From assembly GCF_001306055.1 (NCBI RefSeq), contig NZ_LGHJ01000019.1:120001-152000 (forward strand): DNA of 32,000 nt. Reading direction: 5' to 3'. The notes beneath the pieces were generated by a model that made no database searches, had not been told where the DNA came from, and saw only the letters and a list, made by a program, of their open reading frames with translations. Position numbers and translations under genes: made by a program. Below are positions 7,361 to 17,138 of the stretch, piece by piece; the stretch's first letter is position 1, and every line of letters begins with the position of its first letter. The DNA comes from Bellilinea caldifistulae. GTDB taxonomy: Bacteria; Chloroflexota; Anaerolineae; Anaerolineales; Anaerolineaceae.

Positions 7361-8731
7361 TCAGCCGTGGTAGACTTCCATCTTTCGAGTGATTGCCTCC
7401 TGGAAGCGCTCTCGTACTCCTTCAAAGGGAATACGCTGCATGATTGGGTCAAAGAAACCTTCCACAATCAAACGCTCGGCCTCTACTTTGGGAATTCCTC
7501 TCGCCCTCAGGTAGAACACCTGATCGGGATCAATTTTTCCAACGGTTGCCCCATGAGTGCAGCGTACATCATCCGCCAGAATTTCCAGACCCGGAATCGA
7601 ATCGGCCCGTGCATCCCGGCTGAGCACCAGATTCCGGTTTGCCTGATAACCATCCGTCTTCATCGCACCCGGAGCCACATAAATCATGCCTTGCCAGACC
7701 ACCCGACTGCGGTCAATCAACGCCCCTTTGAAGAGTAAATCACTGGTGGTATTCGGTGCCAGATGATTTTGTTGAGAATCGTAATCCAGATGCTGCTGTC
7801 CATCTGTGAAATAAAAACCGGACATGCGCCCGCTGGCACCGCGTCCAATCAGGTCCAAATCGGCAAAATTCTTGGTTAACTGGCCGCCCATTGCGCCAAA
7901 GATCCAGTCCAGATTGCCATCAGCATCCACTTGTGAACGCTCGTGGGTGAAATTCCACACATTTTCACCCCAGGATTGCAATTCGACAAAACGCAGATTG
8001 GCACCTGCACCGACATGCACTTCCACCAGACCAACATGCAGGGTTTGACCGGCTTCGGTCGGCGAAGCATACTCATGCACATAAGTGGCCCGCGCTCCTT
8101 CTTCCAGCCATACGATAATATGGGAAATGTGTGCTAAATGAACACCCGGCCCCCATAAAAGGCTGTGAAGGGGCTGATCAATTTCCACATTACGGGGGAT
8201 GTAAAGCAGTACACCAGTATCCGCCAAAGCGGCCGCAAGGGCTGCAAACTTACCTTCGGTGGGTTTGACCACTTTGTTCAACACTTTTTCCAGAATTTGC
8301 GGATACTTTTCTTCGGCTGTCCGCAAATCGGTAAAGACCACCCCTTTTTGAGCCAGCTCGGTAGAAAGGTTAACTTGCGAACCGCCGGGCATTAAGATGA
8401 TTTGCCCGCCATGCTCCCCATCCGCAATGGGTCGCATTAATTCTTCCGGCAAGGGTGCTAAATCCAGGTAAGCTTCATTTTGCGGCAGGCGGAAAAGATC
8501 GGCTTCCAGACCGCGCAGGTCAGTCCGTCGCCACGCCTCTTCTTTGACCGTTGGCATGGGTAGCGATTGATAGGTTTGCCATGCCTGCAGGCGGTAATTA
8601 CGGATGAATTCGCTCATACCTGCCGAGCGAACCATCTCCTGGCGGAATGCAAACTCTTTAACGGCGGCTTCATCTCGCCGCCGGGCACGGGTAACGATTT
8701 TCGGTGTTTCTTTGGTCATAGGTCTATTCAA
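7361..8731 (-). CDS. sufD: Fe-S cluster assembly protein SufD
   Basis: SufB/SufD-family beta-helix sequence located between sufB and sufS. The track start at 8731 is a TTG. ATG 8719 (MTKETPK...) is the alternative start. Confidence 0.9.
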   Translation of the reverse strand: MNRPMTKETPKIVTRARRRDEAAVKEFAFRQEMVRSAGMSEFIRNYRLQAWQTYQSLPMPTVKEEAWRRTDLRGLEADLFRLPQNEAYLDLAPLPEELMRPIADGEHGGQIILMPGGSQVNLSTELAQKGVVFTDLRTAEEKYPQILEKVLNKVVKPTEGKFAALAAALADTGVLLYIPRNVEIDQPLHSLLWGPGVHLAHISHIIVWLEEGARATYVHEYASPTEAGQTLHVGLVEVHVGAGANLRFVELQSWGENVWNFTHERSQVDADGNLDWIFGAMGGQLTKNFADLDLIGRGASGRMSGFYFTDGQQHLDYDSQQNHLAPNTTSDLLFKGALIDRSRVVWQGMIYVAPGAMKTDGYQANRNLVLSRDARADSIPGLEILADDVRCTHGATVGKIDPDQVFYLRARGIPKVEAERLIVEGFFDPIMQRIPFEGVRERFQEAITRKMEVYHG

Positions 8732-8770
8732 TCCTCTTTTCGTTGATATTACATGTCAACATTACCCGCA

Positions 8771-10183
8771 TCACCCAATCGAACCTTCCATCTGCAACTG
8801 GATCAACCGGTTCATTTCCACAGCATATTCCATGGGCAGTTCTTTGACCAGTGGTTCAATGAAACCCGAAACGACCATGGTGGTAGCTTCTTCTTCACTC
8901 AATCCGCGGCTCATCAGGTAGAATAACTGCTCTTCTCCGACTTTGGATACGGATGCTTCGTGACCAATGGTTACATCCTGCTCGTCAATTTCGATGTAGG
9001 GGTAAGTATCCGAGCGAGATTGTGGATCCAGCAGCAATGCGTCACACACAACATTGGAACGGACATCTTCTGCCCCTTTGTAAACCTTCAACAAGCCGCG
9101 GTAAGAAGCCCGTCCGCCGCCTTTGCTGATGGATTTGGAGGTGATTTTACTGCTCGTATGCGGCGCAAAGTGAATCACCTTACCGCCGGCATCCTGCCAC
9201 TGACCTGGCCCGGCAAATGCCATGGACAGGATTTCACCATGCGCCCCAGGCCCCATCAAGTAGCAGGATGGGTACTTCATCGTCACCTTCGAGCCGAGGT
9301 TGCAGTCCACCCACTCCATGGTGCCTTCTTCTTCCACAATTGCCCGTTGAGTGACCAGATTATAGACATTGGTTGACCAGTTTTGAATGGTGGTGTAGCG
9401 CACGCGCGCACCTTTTTTGACAATGATTTCGATCACACCACTGTGGAAAGAATCGGTCGTATACTGCGGCGCTGTACAGCCTTCCACATAATGCACCTGA
9501 GCACCTTCGTCAGCGATGATCAGGGTTCGTTCAAACTGACCGATATTGGCAATATTCAGACGGAAATAAGCCTGGAGGGGTAAATCCACCTTAACCCCCT
9601 TGGGCACATAAACAAACGACCCGCCTGACCAAACTGCACTGTTGAGGGCAGCAAACTTGTTATCCTCAATCGGGATGACCGTACCAAAATATTGCTTAAA
9701 CAAATCGGGATGTTGACGAAGCCCATCTTCAATGCTCAGGAAGATCACCCCTTGTTTTTCGAGGTGTTCCTGAATGCTATGATAGACCATTTCCGATTCA
9801 TACTGAGCACCAACCCCGGCGAGGAACTTTTGCTCAGCCTCAGGAATACCCAGCCGATCAAAAGTTTGCTTGATCGTCTGGGGAACCTCATCCCATGAAC
9901 GCCCGGCCATTTCTGCTGGTTTTACATAATAAACAATCTCATCCAGATTCAGATTGGAAAGATCTGCGCCCCAAGTCGGGATCGGGCGTTGCAAAAAATG
10001 ATTGAGCGCTTTGAGACGGAACTGGAGCATCCACTCCGGCTCGCCCTTCATTGCCGAAATTTGACGGACAACCTCTTCATCCAGTCCCTTGCGCGTTTTG
10101 AAAACGGATACATCCGGGTCTTGAAACCCGTAGCGATATTCCCCTAATTGCTCCAAAAAGTCCGTTTGCGGATCCACACTCAT
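8771..10183 (-). CDS. sufB: Fe-S cluster assembly scaffold SufB
   Basis: 470-aa canonical SufB with no intein-sized insertion. ATG start with a GGAGG RBS 5 nt upstream. Lies directly downstream of sufC. Confidence 0.95.
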   Translation of the reverse strand: MSVDPQTDFLEQLGEYRYGFQDPDVSVFKTRKGLDEEVVRQISAMKGEPEWMLQFRLKALNHFLQRPIPTWGADLSNLNLDEIVYYVKPAEMAGRSWDEVPQTIKQTFDRLGIPEAEQKFLAGVGAQYESEMVYHSIQEHLEKQGVIFLSIEDGLRQHPDLFKQYFGTVIPIEDNKFAALNSAVWSGGSFVYVPKGVKVDLPLQAYFRLNIANIGQFERTLIIADEGAQVHYVEGCTAPQYTTDSFHSGVIEIIVKKGARVRYTTIQNWSTNVYNLVTQRAIVEEEGTMEWVDCNLGSKVTMKYPSCYLMGPGAHGEILSMAFAGPGQWQDAGGKVIHFAPHTSSKITSKSISKGGGRASYRGLLKVYKGAEDVRSNVVCDALLLDPQSRSDTYPYIEIDEQDVTIGHEASVSKVGEEQLFYLMSRGLSEEEATTMVVSGFIEPLVKELPMEYAVEMNRLIQLQMEGSIG

Positions 10184-10224
10184 TTCAGCCTCCTGTTTGC
10201 CAGTAAAAAAGACCTAATTCTCAA

Positions 10225-11004
<780 letters not shown>

Positions 11005-11034
11005 TTCAGGGTTGCTCCTTCAAATTTTTGTTTA

Positions 11035-11062
11035 AGTATAATGATCGTTGAATTTATTTCAA
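11035..11062 (-). promoter_or_regulatory. Candidate promoter of sufCBD
   Basis: On the minus strand: -35 TTGAAA (11062..11057), 16-nt spacer, -10 TATACT (11040..11035). The sufC RBS GGAG lies at 11018..11015. Confidence 0.5.
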
Positions 11063-11072
11063 TATCATTATA
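11037..11072. promoter_or_regulatory. 36-bp composite palindrome overlapping the sufC promoter; candidate SufR operator
   Basis: Outer arms TATAATGAT (11037..11045) / ATCATTATA (11064..11072) are perfect over 9 bp. Inner arms are TTGAA (11048..11052) / TTCAA (11058..11062). The element covers both the -10 and -35 of the predicted sufC promoter. Confidence 0.45.
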
Positions 11073-11155
11073 AAAATCTTGTATAATCCAAACACCAGAC
11101 GGATTATAGCACAAAGCCGGATTAGGGTCAATATTTATCATAAATTTCTTATATA

Positions 11156-11184
11156 TTGACAATTTTATCCGCCCTTGTTATACT
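11156..11184 (+). promoter_or_regulatory. Candidate promoter of sufR-sufT
   Basis: Consensus -35 TTGACA (11156..11161), 17-nt spacer, -10 TATACT (11179..11184), 49 nt upstream of the sufR ATG. Confidence 0.6.
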
Positions 11185-11232
11185 TCCAAACAAAGAAGGT
11201 CTGTTGTTTTTATGGCAACCTACAGGTAAAGA

Positions 11233-11874
11233 ATGGAAGTTAAAAGTACTCGAGATAAAATTTTGCATACCCTGCTGAACAATCCACGCTCCACAATCAA
11301 CGAGCTGGCAGAAGCGGTAGGGATTAATGCCATCTCCGTTCGCCACCACTTAAACAGTATGCTTGCGGATGGATTGGTTGCTTCGGAAGAGGAACGCCAT
11401 GGCGTTGGCCGGCCTCGTTTGGTGTATTTTCTGACCGAGCGTGGTTTGGAAAAATTTCCCACCCGTTATTTCCGGCTTGCCAACCGCTTGCTGGGCAGGC
11501 TGAAAGAAACTTTGCCGGCTTCGGCGGTGGAAACGATTTTTGCAGAAATGGCGCGCGACCTGGCTGAAGATCATCTGCGCGCTACCCAGAATATGACCCT
11601 GGAAGAAAAACTGGATTTTCTGAAAAAGCTCCTCAGTGACGAGGGTTTTATCATCGAGTGGGAACAAATCGGCGATTCTTACCATATCCACGAAATCACA
11701 TGTCCTTATTTCCATGTGACCCAGGCCCACCCGGAAGTGTGTACGGTGGACCAGACCCTGATTTCCACCGTCCTCTCTCTCCCGGCCCATAAAATTCAGT
11801 GTGTGCTCAGCGGCGATCATCATTGTACCTATATCATCCCTCTGGAAAAGGCTGGAACTCAAAACCATGAATGA
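11233..11874 (+). CDS. sufR: Iron-sulfur-sensing transcriptional repressor SufR (winged HTH plus C-terminal Cys cluster)
   Basis: N-terminal ArsR/DeoR-like wHTH (RDKILHTLLNNPRSTINELAEAVGINAISVRHHL). C-terminal Cys pattern C-x12-C-x19-C-x7-C. Transcribed divergently from sufCBD, as in cyanobacterial and actinobacterial suf loci. Confidence 0.75.
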   Translation: MEVKSTRDKILHTLLNNPRSTINELAEAVGINAISVRHHLNSMLADGLVASEEERHGVGRPRLVYFLTERGLEKFPTRYFRLANRLLGRLKETLPASAVETIFAEMARDLAEDHLRATQNMTLEEKLDFLKKLLSDEGFIIEWEQIGDSYHIHEITCPYFHVTQAHPEVCTVDQTLISTVLSLPAHKIQCVLSGDHHCTYIIPLEKAGTQNHE

Positions 11875-12223
11875 AGAATTTGGAACCCCCGGAACCAACC
11901 GTCCGGTATGGGACGCGGAAGCAACCCATCCCGAATTGTGTCAAAAATTGCGGGATGCTCTCAATCAAGTAATGGATCCTGAAATTGGGCTGAGTGTCAT
12001 TCAATTGGGTCTGATTCGCAATTTTCAGGTGCTGGAAGATCAAGCCCGAATTAAGATGATTCTGACCACCCCCTTTTGTCCTTATGGCCCTGCACTGATT
12101 GACATGACCCGCGTTAAAGCCGAAGAAGGACTCGAAATGCCCGTCTCGATTGAATTGGGCATGGAAGTTTGGGATTTTTCAATGATGGAAGAGGGCGTGG
12201 ATTTAGGTTGGGGATTGTACTAA
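11867..12223 (+). CDS. sufT: DUF59/MIP18-family Fe-S assembly protein (SufT-like)
   Basis: Start chosen at ATG 11867, which overlaps the sufR stop (ATGAATGA). Typical DUF59 core: V.DPE.G.SV..LGLI ... TTPFCPYGP, with a conserved Cys. Confidence 0.8.
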   Translation: MNEEFGTPGTNRPVWDAEATHPELCQKLRDALNQVMDPEIGLSVIQLGLIRNFQVLEDQARIKMILTTPFCPYGPALIDMTRVKAEEGLEMPVSIELGMEVWDFSMMEEGVDLGWGLY

Positions 12224-12585
12224 TCCCGCCGACCTCCCAGTGCCCTCAATTCCTCTTTGTCGGGCTTGAATAGACCGGTCAACTGCATTGCCAGGCTCAT
12301 ATTGCCGGTCATTTTAATTTTGCCCAACAGATAGGCTCGCATGGCGTCCAATCGGCCGCTGAAAATATCCAAAACCACAGCTGCCTCGCCCGAGAGGACA
12401 AGATCGAGAGGTTCGATTTTTTCGGTATACACCCGGCAGGTTTGACTTTCAATTACCACCGTCCAATAACCACCCCCCTCACCTGAAAGATCGAATCCGA
12501 TTCGCGCGCTAATTCCTTGAGCCTGTTCGGGTATAAAATACTTTGGTAATAAGTCCATTAATTTTTGAATTGAAACGGTTGTCAT
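12220..12585 (-). CDS. SCP2 sterol/lipid-binding domain protein
   Basis: 121 aa with the SCP2-type C-terminal pattern (DIFSGRLDAMRAYLLGKIKMTGNMSLAMQLTGLF). GGAG RBS present. Its stop overlaps the sufT stop by 4 nt in convergent orientation. Confidence 0.75.
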   Translation of the reverse strand: MTTVSIQKLMDLLPKYFIPEQAQGISARIGFDLSGEGGGYWTVVIESQTCRVYTEKIEPLDLVLSGEAAVVLDIFSGRLDAMRAYLLGKIKMTGNMSLAMQLTGLFKPDKEELRALGGRRD

Positions 12586-12733
12586 TCTTTACATTCTCCA
12601 TTTTTGAACGATTGTATCATTATTGATTGATGAGACGCCCATTCAGACCAGATTTGCTTTTTTCTGATTGATCCCCAGACTGAGATTATTGGCTGTTCAT
12701 CCAAAGTATGTACAATCTTTGTAAACCCGCCTG

Positions 12734-12761
12734 ATGACAGAATTGGGATATTTGGTATACT
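12734..12761 (+). promoter_or_regulatory. Candidate promoter of the idi-GGPPS operon
   Basis: -35 ATGACA (12734..12739), 16-nt spacer, extended -10 TGgTATACT (12753..12761). Confidence 0.45.
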
Positions 12762-12793
12762 CAAATTACTTTAAACGCCTGATTATGACTTAA

Positions 12794-13825
12794 ATGGATA
12801 GTAATCCTTCACCCCTCACCCATCGCAAGGCCGACCACATCCGGATTAATCTGGAGGAGGATGTTGCCTCAAGCCGTACAACCGGGCTGGAACGTTATTA
12901 TTTCCTCAACGAAGCCCTACCCGATTTCAATTTAGCCGAGGTGGATACCAGCCTGACCCTGTTCGGGAAACCGCTTCGCGCTCCACTTCTGATTTCTTCC
13001 ATGACCGGAGGCACCGCTCACGCTGGTCAAATCAACTTGCGGCTGGCTGAAGCAGCTCAGGAAAAAGGGATTGCTCTGGGGCTGGGTTCTCAGCGCGCTG
13101 CTCTGGAACATCCCGAACAGCAGGTTACTTTTCAGGTTCGCTCTGTCGCACCGGATATCCTCTTGTTCGCCAATCTTGGCGCGGTTCAATTAAATTATGG
13201 TTACGGAGTTGATCACTGCCTGCGCGCTGTTGAGATGGCTCAGGCGGATGCACTTTTCCTTCACCTGAATCCCCTCCAGGAAGCACTCCAACCGGAGGGA
13301 GACACCAATTTTTCCGGTTTGCTAAACAAGATCGAAGCCGTATGTAAAGCCCTGCCCGTACCCGTCATTGCCAAAGAAGTCGGTTGGGGTATTTCCGCAG
13401 AAACCGCTCGCCGGCTGGTTTCTGCCGGCGTTGCAGCCATTGATGTGGCCGGTGCGGGCGGTACATCATGGTCACAAGTTGAAATGTACCGCATGAATGA
13501 TCCTTCGTTGGCTCGCATCGCCGCTGCTTTTCGCCACTGGGGCATCCCCACCGCCGAGGCTGTTCGTCAGGTGCATCAGGCCTTGCCAGGAATTCCCGTA
13601 TTTGCTTCGGGCGGCTTGCGCAACGGTCTGGATGTTGCCAAATGTCTTGCCCTCGGCGCCACACTCGGCGGCATGGCCGGGCCATTTTTAAAAGCTGCGG
13701 TCGTGTCTGCCGAGGAAGTTGCAGCCACAATAGATGAAGTGGTTAACACCCTGCGGATTGCAATGTTTGCCTGCGGGGCTAAAAATCTGACCGCTCTACG
13801 CTTGACTCCCCTCCAAGAGGTATGA
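12794..13825 (+). CDS. fni: Type 2 (FMN-dependent) isopentenyl-diphosphate delta-isomerase
   Basis: N-terminal RKADHI motif, LISSMTGGT, and a TIM-barrel FMN-enzyme pattern with [11 protein letters not shown] near the C-terminus. Confidence 0.9.
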   Translation: MDSNPSPLTHRKADHIRINLEEDVASSRTTGLERYYFLNEALPDFNLAEVDTSLTLFGKPLRAPLLISSMTGGTAHAGQINLRLAEAAQEKGIALGLGSQRAALEHPEQQVTFQVRSVAPDILLFANLGAVQLNYGYGVDHCLRAVEMAQADALFLHLNPLQEALQPEGDTNFSGLLNKIEAVCKALPVPVIAKEVGWGISAETARRLVSAGVAAIDVAGAGGTSWSQVEMYRMNDPSLARIAAAFRHWGIPTAEAVRQVHQALPGIPVFASGGLRNGLDVAKCLALGATLGGMAGPFLKAAVVSAEEVAATIDEVVNTLRIAMFACGAKNLTALRLTPLQEV

Positions 13826-14850
13826 TCTTGACCAGCCTTCAGCAATTCAACCGGCAAATGCAACCTGCCATTGACCAGACCATGCAGCGGGTTGTCCTTT
13901 CGCATCCCCTGATCCACCATTATCAAGGATTGAAGGAGATGCTCTCCTATCATCTTGGTTGGGATGCGGCTTCCAATCGCAGTGAGGTGCAGGGAAAACG
14001 CATTCGTCCGCTCTTGGTTCTGCTGACCTGTGCTGCCTGCAATGATCACCGCTGGGAGGTTGCTCTTCCGGCTGCTGCTGCCGTCGAATTGCTACATAAC
14101 TTTTCCTTGATCCACGATGACATTGAGGATCGCAGTCCGTTAAGGCGTGGCCGAGAAACCGTTTGGAAAAAATGGGGAGATGCTCTGGCGATCAACGCCG
14201 GTGATGCTCTCTTCAGTCTGGCTTTTCAAGCCATTTATCTGCTACAAGAGACCTGTCCAGAGAAAATTGTTCTTCAGTCTTTGCACATCATGAATAATAC
14301 CTGTGTTCAATTGACTGGCGGTCAACATCTGGATATTTCTTACGAAAATGAACGTTATATCGGCCTGGACGATTACTGGAAAATGATCGAGGGCAAAACC
14401 GCAGCACTGATCAGCGCCTGCACCCGACTTGGTGCTTTGATTGGGGGTGCACCCGATCAGCAGCAGCACAATCTGAGCGAATTTGGCAGGTCATTAGGCA
14501 TTGCCTTTCAGATTCAAGATGACTGGCTGGGCATTTGGGGCAACGCTGCTCAAACAGGTAAATCCACCGAAAGCGACTTACTGGCGGGTAAAAAATCCCT
14601 TCCCATCGTCTTTGCCCTTCAGAAAAGGGGTGAATTTGCTGAACGCTGGCTGTCCGGCCCCATTCAACCCGATGAAATCGAGTACTTAGCCGGTTTGTTG
14701 ATTGAAGAAGGCGCTCAACGTCATACGGAAGAACAGGCCGAAGTCTACACCCGTCAGGCATTGCAATCACTCGAAAACGCAAACCTCACCAATGATGCTG
14801 GTGAGGCACTTCATGAACTGGCGCTGACGCTGCTCAAACGCAGTTCTTAA
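13822..14850 (+). CDS. Short-chain trans-polyprenyl diphosphate synthase (probable GGPP synthase)
   Basis: [12 protein letters not shown] and [13 protein letters not shown]. An aromatic residue (F) five positions before FARM suggests a C15-C20 product. The ATG overlaps the idi stop (ATGA). Confidence 0.85.
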   Translation: MILTSLQQFNRQMQPAIDQTMQRVVLSHPLIHHYQGLKEMLSYHLGWDAASNRSEVQGKRIRPLLVLLTCAACNDHRWEVALPAAAAVELLHNFSLIHDDIEDRSPLRRGRETVWKKWGDALAINAGDALFSLAFQAIYLLQETCPEKIVLQSLHIMNNTCVQLTGGQHLDISYENERYIGLDDYWKMIEGKTAALISACTRLGALIGGAPDQQQHNLSEFGRSLGIAFQIQDDWLGIWGNAAQTGKSTESDLLAGKKSLPIVFALQKRGEFAERWLSGPIQPDEIEYLAGLLIEEGAQRHTEEQAEVYTRQALQSLENANLTNDAGEALHELALTLLKRSS

Positions 14851-14865
14851 ACGAAAAACCTACTT

Positions 14866-14893
14866 CAGGGAATACGTAACCCTGTGATTTTTT
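14866..14893 (+). terminator. Weak candidate terminator after the GGPP synthase gene
   Basis: 5-bp stem CAGGG (14866..14870) / CCCTG (14880..14884) with a 9-nt loop, followed by TGATTTTTT. The stem is short, so confidence is low. Confidence 0.3.
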
Positions 14894-14917
14894 AACTGAG
14901 AGGAAGGAAGGAATAAC

Positions 14918-15565
14918 ATGGAAAAGCAACTCATCATCCCCGGCGAAGACATTTATCAAGCTGCAGAACTCTTCAACGATGGCGGCATTGATTACGAAAC
15001 GATCCGCCAAAATGTGGAAAGTATTCTCAAAGCCGTTGGGGAAAACCCTGAACGGGACGGATTGAAACGAACCCCAGAGCGGGTTGCACGGATGTACGAG
15101 GAACTTTTGGCAGGTTATCGTACTGACCCGGTAGCCCTGGTCAACGATGCTCTTTTTGAAGTGGACTACGATGAAATGGTCATCGTCCGCGATATCGAGT
15201 TTTATTCTCTCTGCGAGCATCACATGCTGCCCTTCCTGGGACGCGCTCACGTTGCCTATATCCCGCGCGGCCGGGTCATCGGTCTTTCTAAAATTCCGCG
15301 AATTGTGGATATGTTTGCCCGTCGTTTACAGGTTCAGGAAAGGATGACCCGCCAGATTGCCGATTTCTTACAGGAAGTTCTACATCCGCGTGGCGTGGCC
15401 GTGGTTATTGAAGCCATTCATATGTGTTCGATGATTCGCGGCGTCAAAAAACATGATTCTCGGATGACCACATCGAGCATGTTAGGTGCCTTCCGCAACA
15501 ACATGGCTACGCGAATGGAATTTCTCGATAACATCTCCCGCAGTTCTGAACCGCTACACTTTTAA
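14918..15565 (+). CDS. folE: GTP cyclohydrolase I (FolE type 1)
   Basis: [10 protein letters not shown] and CEHHMLPF zinc/catalytic motifs. Strong purine-rich RBS GAGAGGAAGGAAGG. Confidence 0.95.
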   Translation: MEKQLIIPGEDIYQAAELFNDGGIDYETIRQNVESILKAVGENPERDGLKRTPERVARMYEELLAGYRTDPVALVNDALFEVDYDEMVIVRDIEFYSLCEHHMLPFLGRAHVAYIPRGRVIGLSKIPRIVDMFARRLQVQERMTRQIADFLQEVLHPRGVAVVIEAIHMCSMIRGVKKHDSRMTTSSMLGAFRNNMATRMEFLDNISRSSEPLHF

Positions 15566-16404
15566 ACATTATTCAAATCCAGATCCGGCACAACCACCGC
15601 CGAGGAGTGGCTTTTCAGACTTTGGGCAATTTCGCCGAGATTACGCCCGGTTTGCTCTTCCAGCAAGTCCGGGCGTAATTCAGCCGTTGGAATTGCCAGA
15701 AAATCCTGTTTCCACAACCCGTCATCCAGAACCTTTTCGTCAAATACCAGAATATCCAGATCAATCGTCCGAGGCGCATATTTATCCTCGCTGCGCACCC
15801 TTCCCAGTTTTTCTTCAATCGAGCGCAGCACCTGCTCTTTGAGGGATACCGCGTCCAAATCGGTTGAAATCCAGGCAGTCGCATTCATAAAGCGCGGCCC
15901 CGCCGAGCCAACCGCTTCGCTCTCCCATACAGAAGACATGGCGTTCACAGAGACCGCCTGCCGTAGTAATTGAACGGCCTGTATCAGGTTTTGGCGTGGG
16001 GCTATATTTGACCCTAAACTGATATAGGCTTGATGACGGCGCTGTTGACCAGTCGGATGGAAACGTTCAATCTCAACCCCAACCGATTGAGCAAACCGCA
16101 CCGCACCGGGTTTTTCCACCCGAATCCGCACGCCCTCCACACCCGGCTCTTCCAGACATAATCGTGCCAGATCGCTCGCTAAAGCCTCCACTGTATAGCG
16201 CGCAGCCCGCTCCACGTAGGCTATCGTTTTTTTTGCAACCGTACGGTAATTAATGCAATCTTCAATGGCATCACTTTGCCCGGCTTTGGATATGTCTCCA
16301 AACAAAACCATATTGATCAAGATGTCCTGCTTCTGAGAACGTTCTCGTTCGCTGATCCCAATAATCCCGCGGACCAACAAGTCTTTGATAAAAGTCTGAT
16401 CCAT
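15562..16404 (-). CDS. Bifunctional dihydroneopterin aldolase (FolB) / hydroxymethyldihydropterin pyrophosphokinase (FolK)
   Basis: The N-terminal ~118 aa are FolB-like ([13 protein letters not shown]...EKPGA). The C-terminal part is FolK-like (AYISLGSNI...[11 protein letters not shown]). GGAGGACGAGG RBS. The junction lies near nt 16030. Confidence 0.85.
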   Translation of the reverse strand: MDQTFIKDLLVRGIIGISERERSQKQDILINMVLFGDISKAGQSDAIEDCINYRTVAKKTIAYVERAARYTVEALASDLARLCLEEPGVEGVRIRVEKPGAVRFAQSVGVEIERFHPTGQQRRHQAYISLGSNIAPRQNLIQAVQLLRQAVSVNAMSSVWESEAVGSAGPRFMNATAWISTDLDAVSLKEQVLRSIEEKLGRVRSEDKYAPRTIDLDILVFDEKVLDDGLWKQDFLAIPTAELRPDLLEEQTGRNLGEIAQSLKSHSSAVVVPDLDLNNV

Positions 16405-16415
16405 CCTCGTCCTCC

Positions 16416-17138
16416 CTAAATAAGATGTCTACCGCCGTCCACGTGGAGAATTTCTCCGGTAGTATAGGTTGCGCCGCTCAATAAATAAATCAAAGCCCGG
16501 CTGACTTCTTCGGCCTGTGCCCAACGCCCGGCCGGCACATCTTGAATGGCCAGATCGGCATCTCCGCCATCCGAAGGGGGTAAAATAGCCCCCAAGGCAA
16601 TCCCGTTCACCGTGATGGAAGGCGCAAACGCAACCGCCAGCGATCGGGTCAGGGCTGCAAGGGCTGCTTTGCTGATTGTATATGGCAGGTGATCGTCTAC
16701 CGGCCGTAAAGCTCGCCAGTCAAGGATGTTGATGATGCGGCCCTCCTGACCGCTCAACTTTCGAGCAAATGCCTGACTGAGCAAAAATGGAGCGGTCAAA
16801 TTAATATCCAGATGCCTTTGCCAATCTTCTAATCCAACTTGATTCCAGGAGAGGGCTTCAAAGATGGCAGCATTATTGACCAGAATTTGAAAGGGACTGA
16901 ACCTCCAAGCCTGTTCAACAAAATTTTCCAATTGTCCCAAATCAGCCAGATTAGCCTGAATCAACCAGCCTTTGATGCCCTTCTGCTGAATTTCCGCAAG
17001 GGTTTGCCGGGCAGCGGTCTGAGAAGCGCCATAATGCACGATGACATTCACGCCCGCTTCTGCCAGCGCCAGAGTAAGAATTTTTCCGACCCGGTGCGCA
17101 CCACCCGTCACCAGCGCTGTTTTACCTTTCAGGTTCAT
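16416..17138 (-). CDS. Short-chain dehydrogenase/reductase, pteridine reductase/FolM-like
   Basis: TGGAHRVG cofactor motif (the TGxxxRxG variant typical of PTR1/FolM) and YTISK catalytic dyad. Located immediately upstream of folBK. The ATG overlaps the lgt stop (ATGA). Confidence 0.75.
   Translation of the reverse strand: MNLKGKTALVTGGAHRVGKILTLALAEAGVNVIVHYGASQTAARQTLAEIQQKGIKGWLIQANLADLGQLENFVEQAWRFSPFQILVNNAAIFEALSWNQVGLEDWQRHLDINLTAPFLLSQAFARKLSGQEGRIINILDWRALRPVDDHLPYTISKAALAALTRSLAVAFAPSITVNGIALGAILPPSDGGDADLAIQDVPAGRWAQAEEVSRALIYLLSGATYTTGEILHVDGGRHLI

Noticed and set aside
8771-10183. Possible intein in SufB, as occurs in some actinobacteria
   Set aside because: The protein has the canonical length of 470 aa with no insertion or intein block motifs.
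11350-11898. 182-aa ORF antisense to sufR/sufT
   Set aside because: It lies entirely opposite two well-supported genes. It has no RBS, and its composition is low-complexity and junk-like. This is a typical shadow ORF.
12582-12764. 60-aa ORF filling the SCP2/fni intergenic region
   Set aside because: It overlaps the SCP2 start and the predicted promoters. It has no RBS and is AT-rich non-coding-like sequence.
13261-14049. Three overlapping antisense ORFs (96, 121 and 157 aa) opposite fni and the GGPP synthase gene
   Set aside because: These are Arg/Pro/Ala-rich translations characteristic of the reverse frames of real genes. They have no start context and no motifs.
14851-14917. Possible THF or other riboswitch upstream of folE
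   Set aside because: The gap is only 67 nt and is mostly occupied by a small hairpin and the RBS. I saw no conserved riboswitch core.
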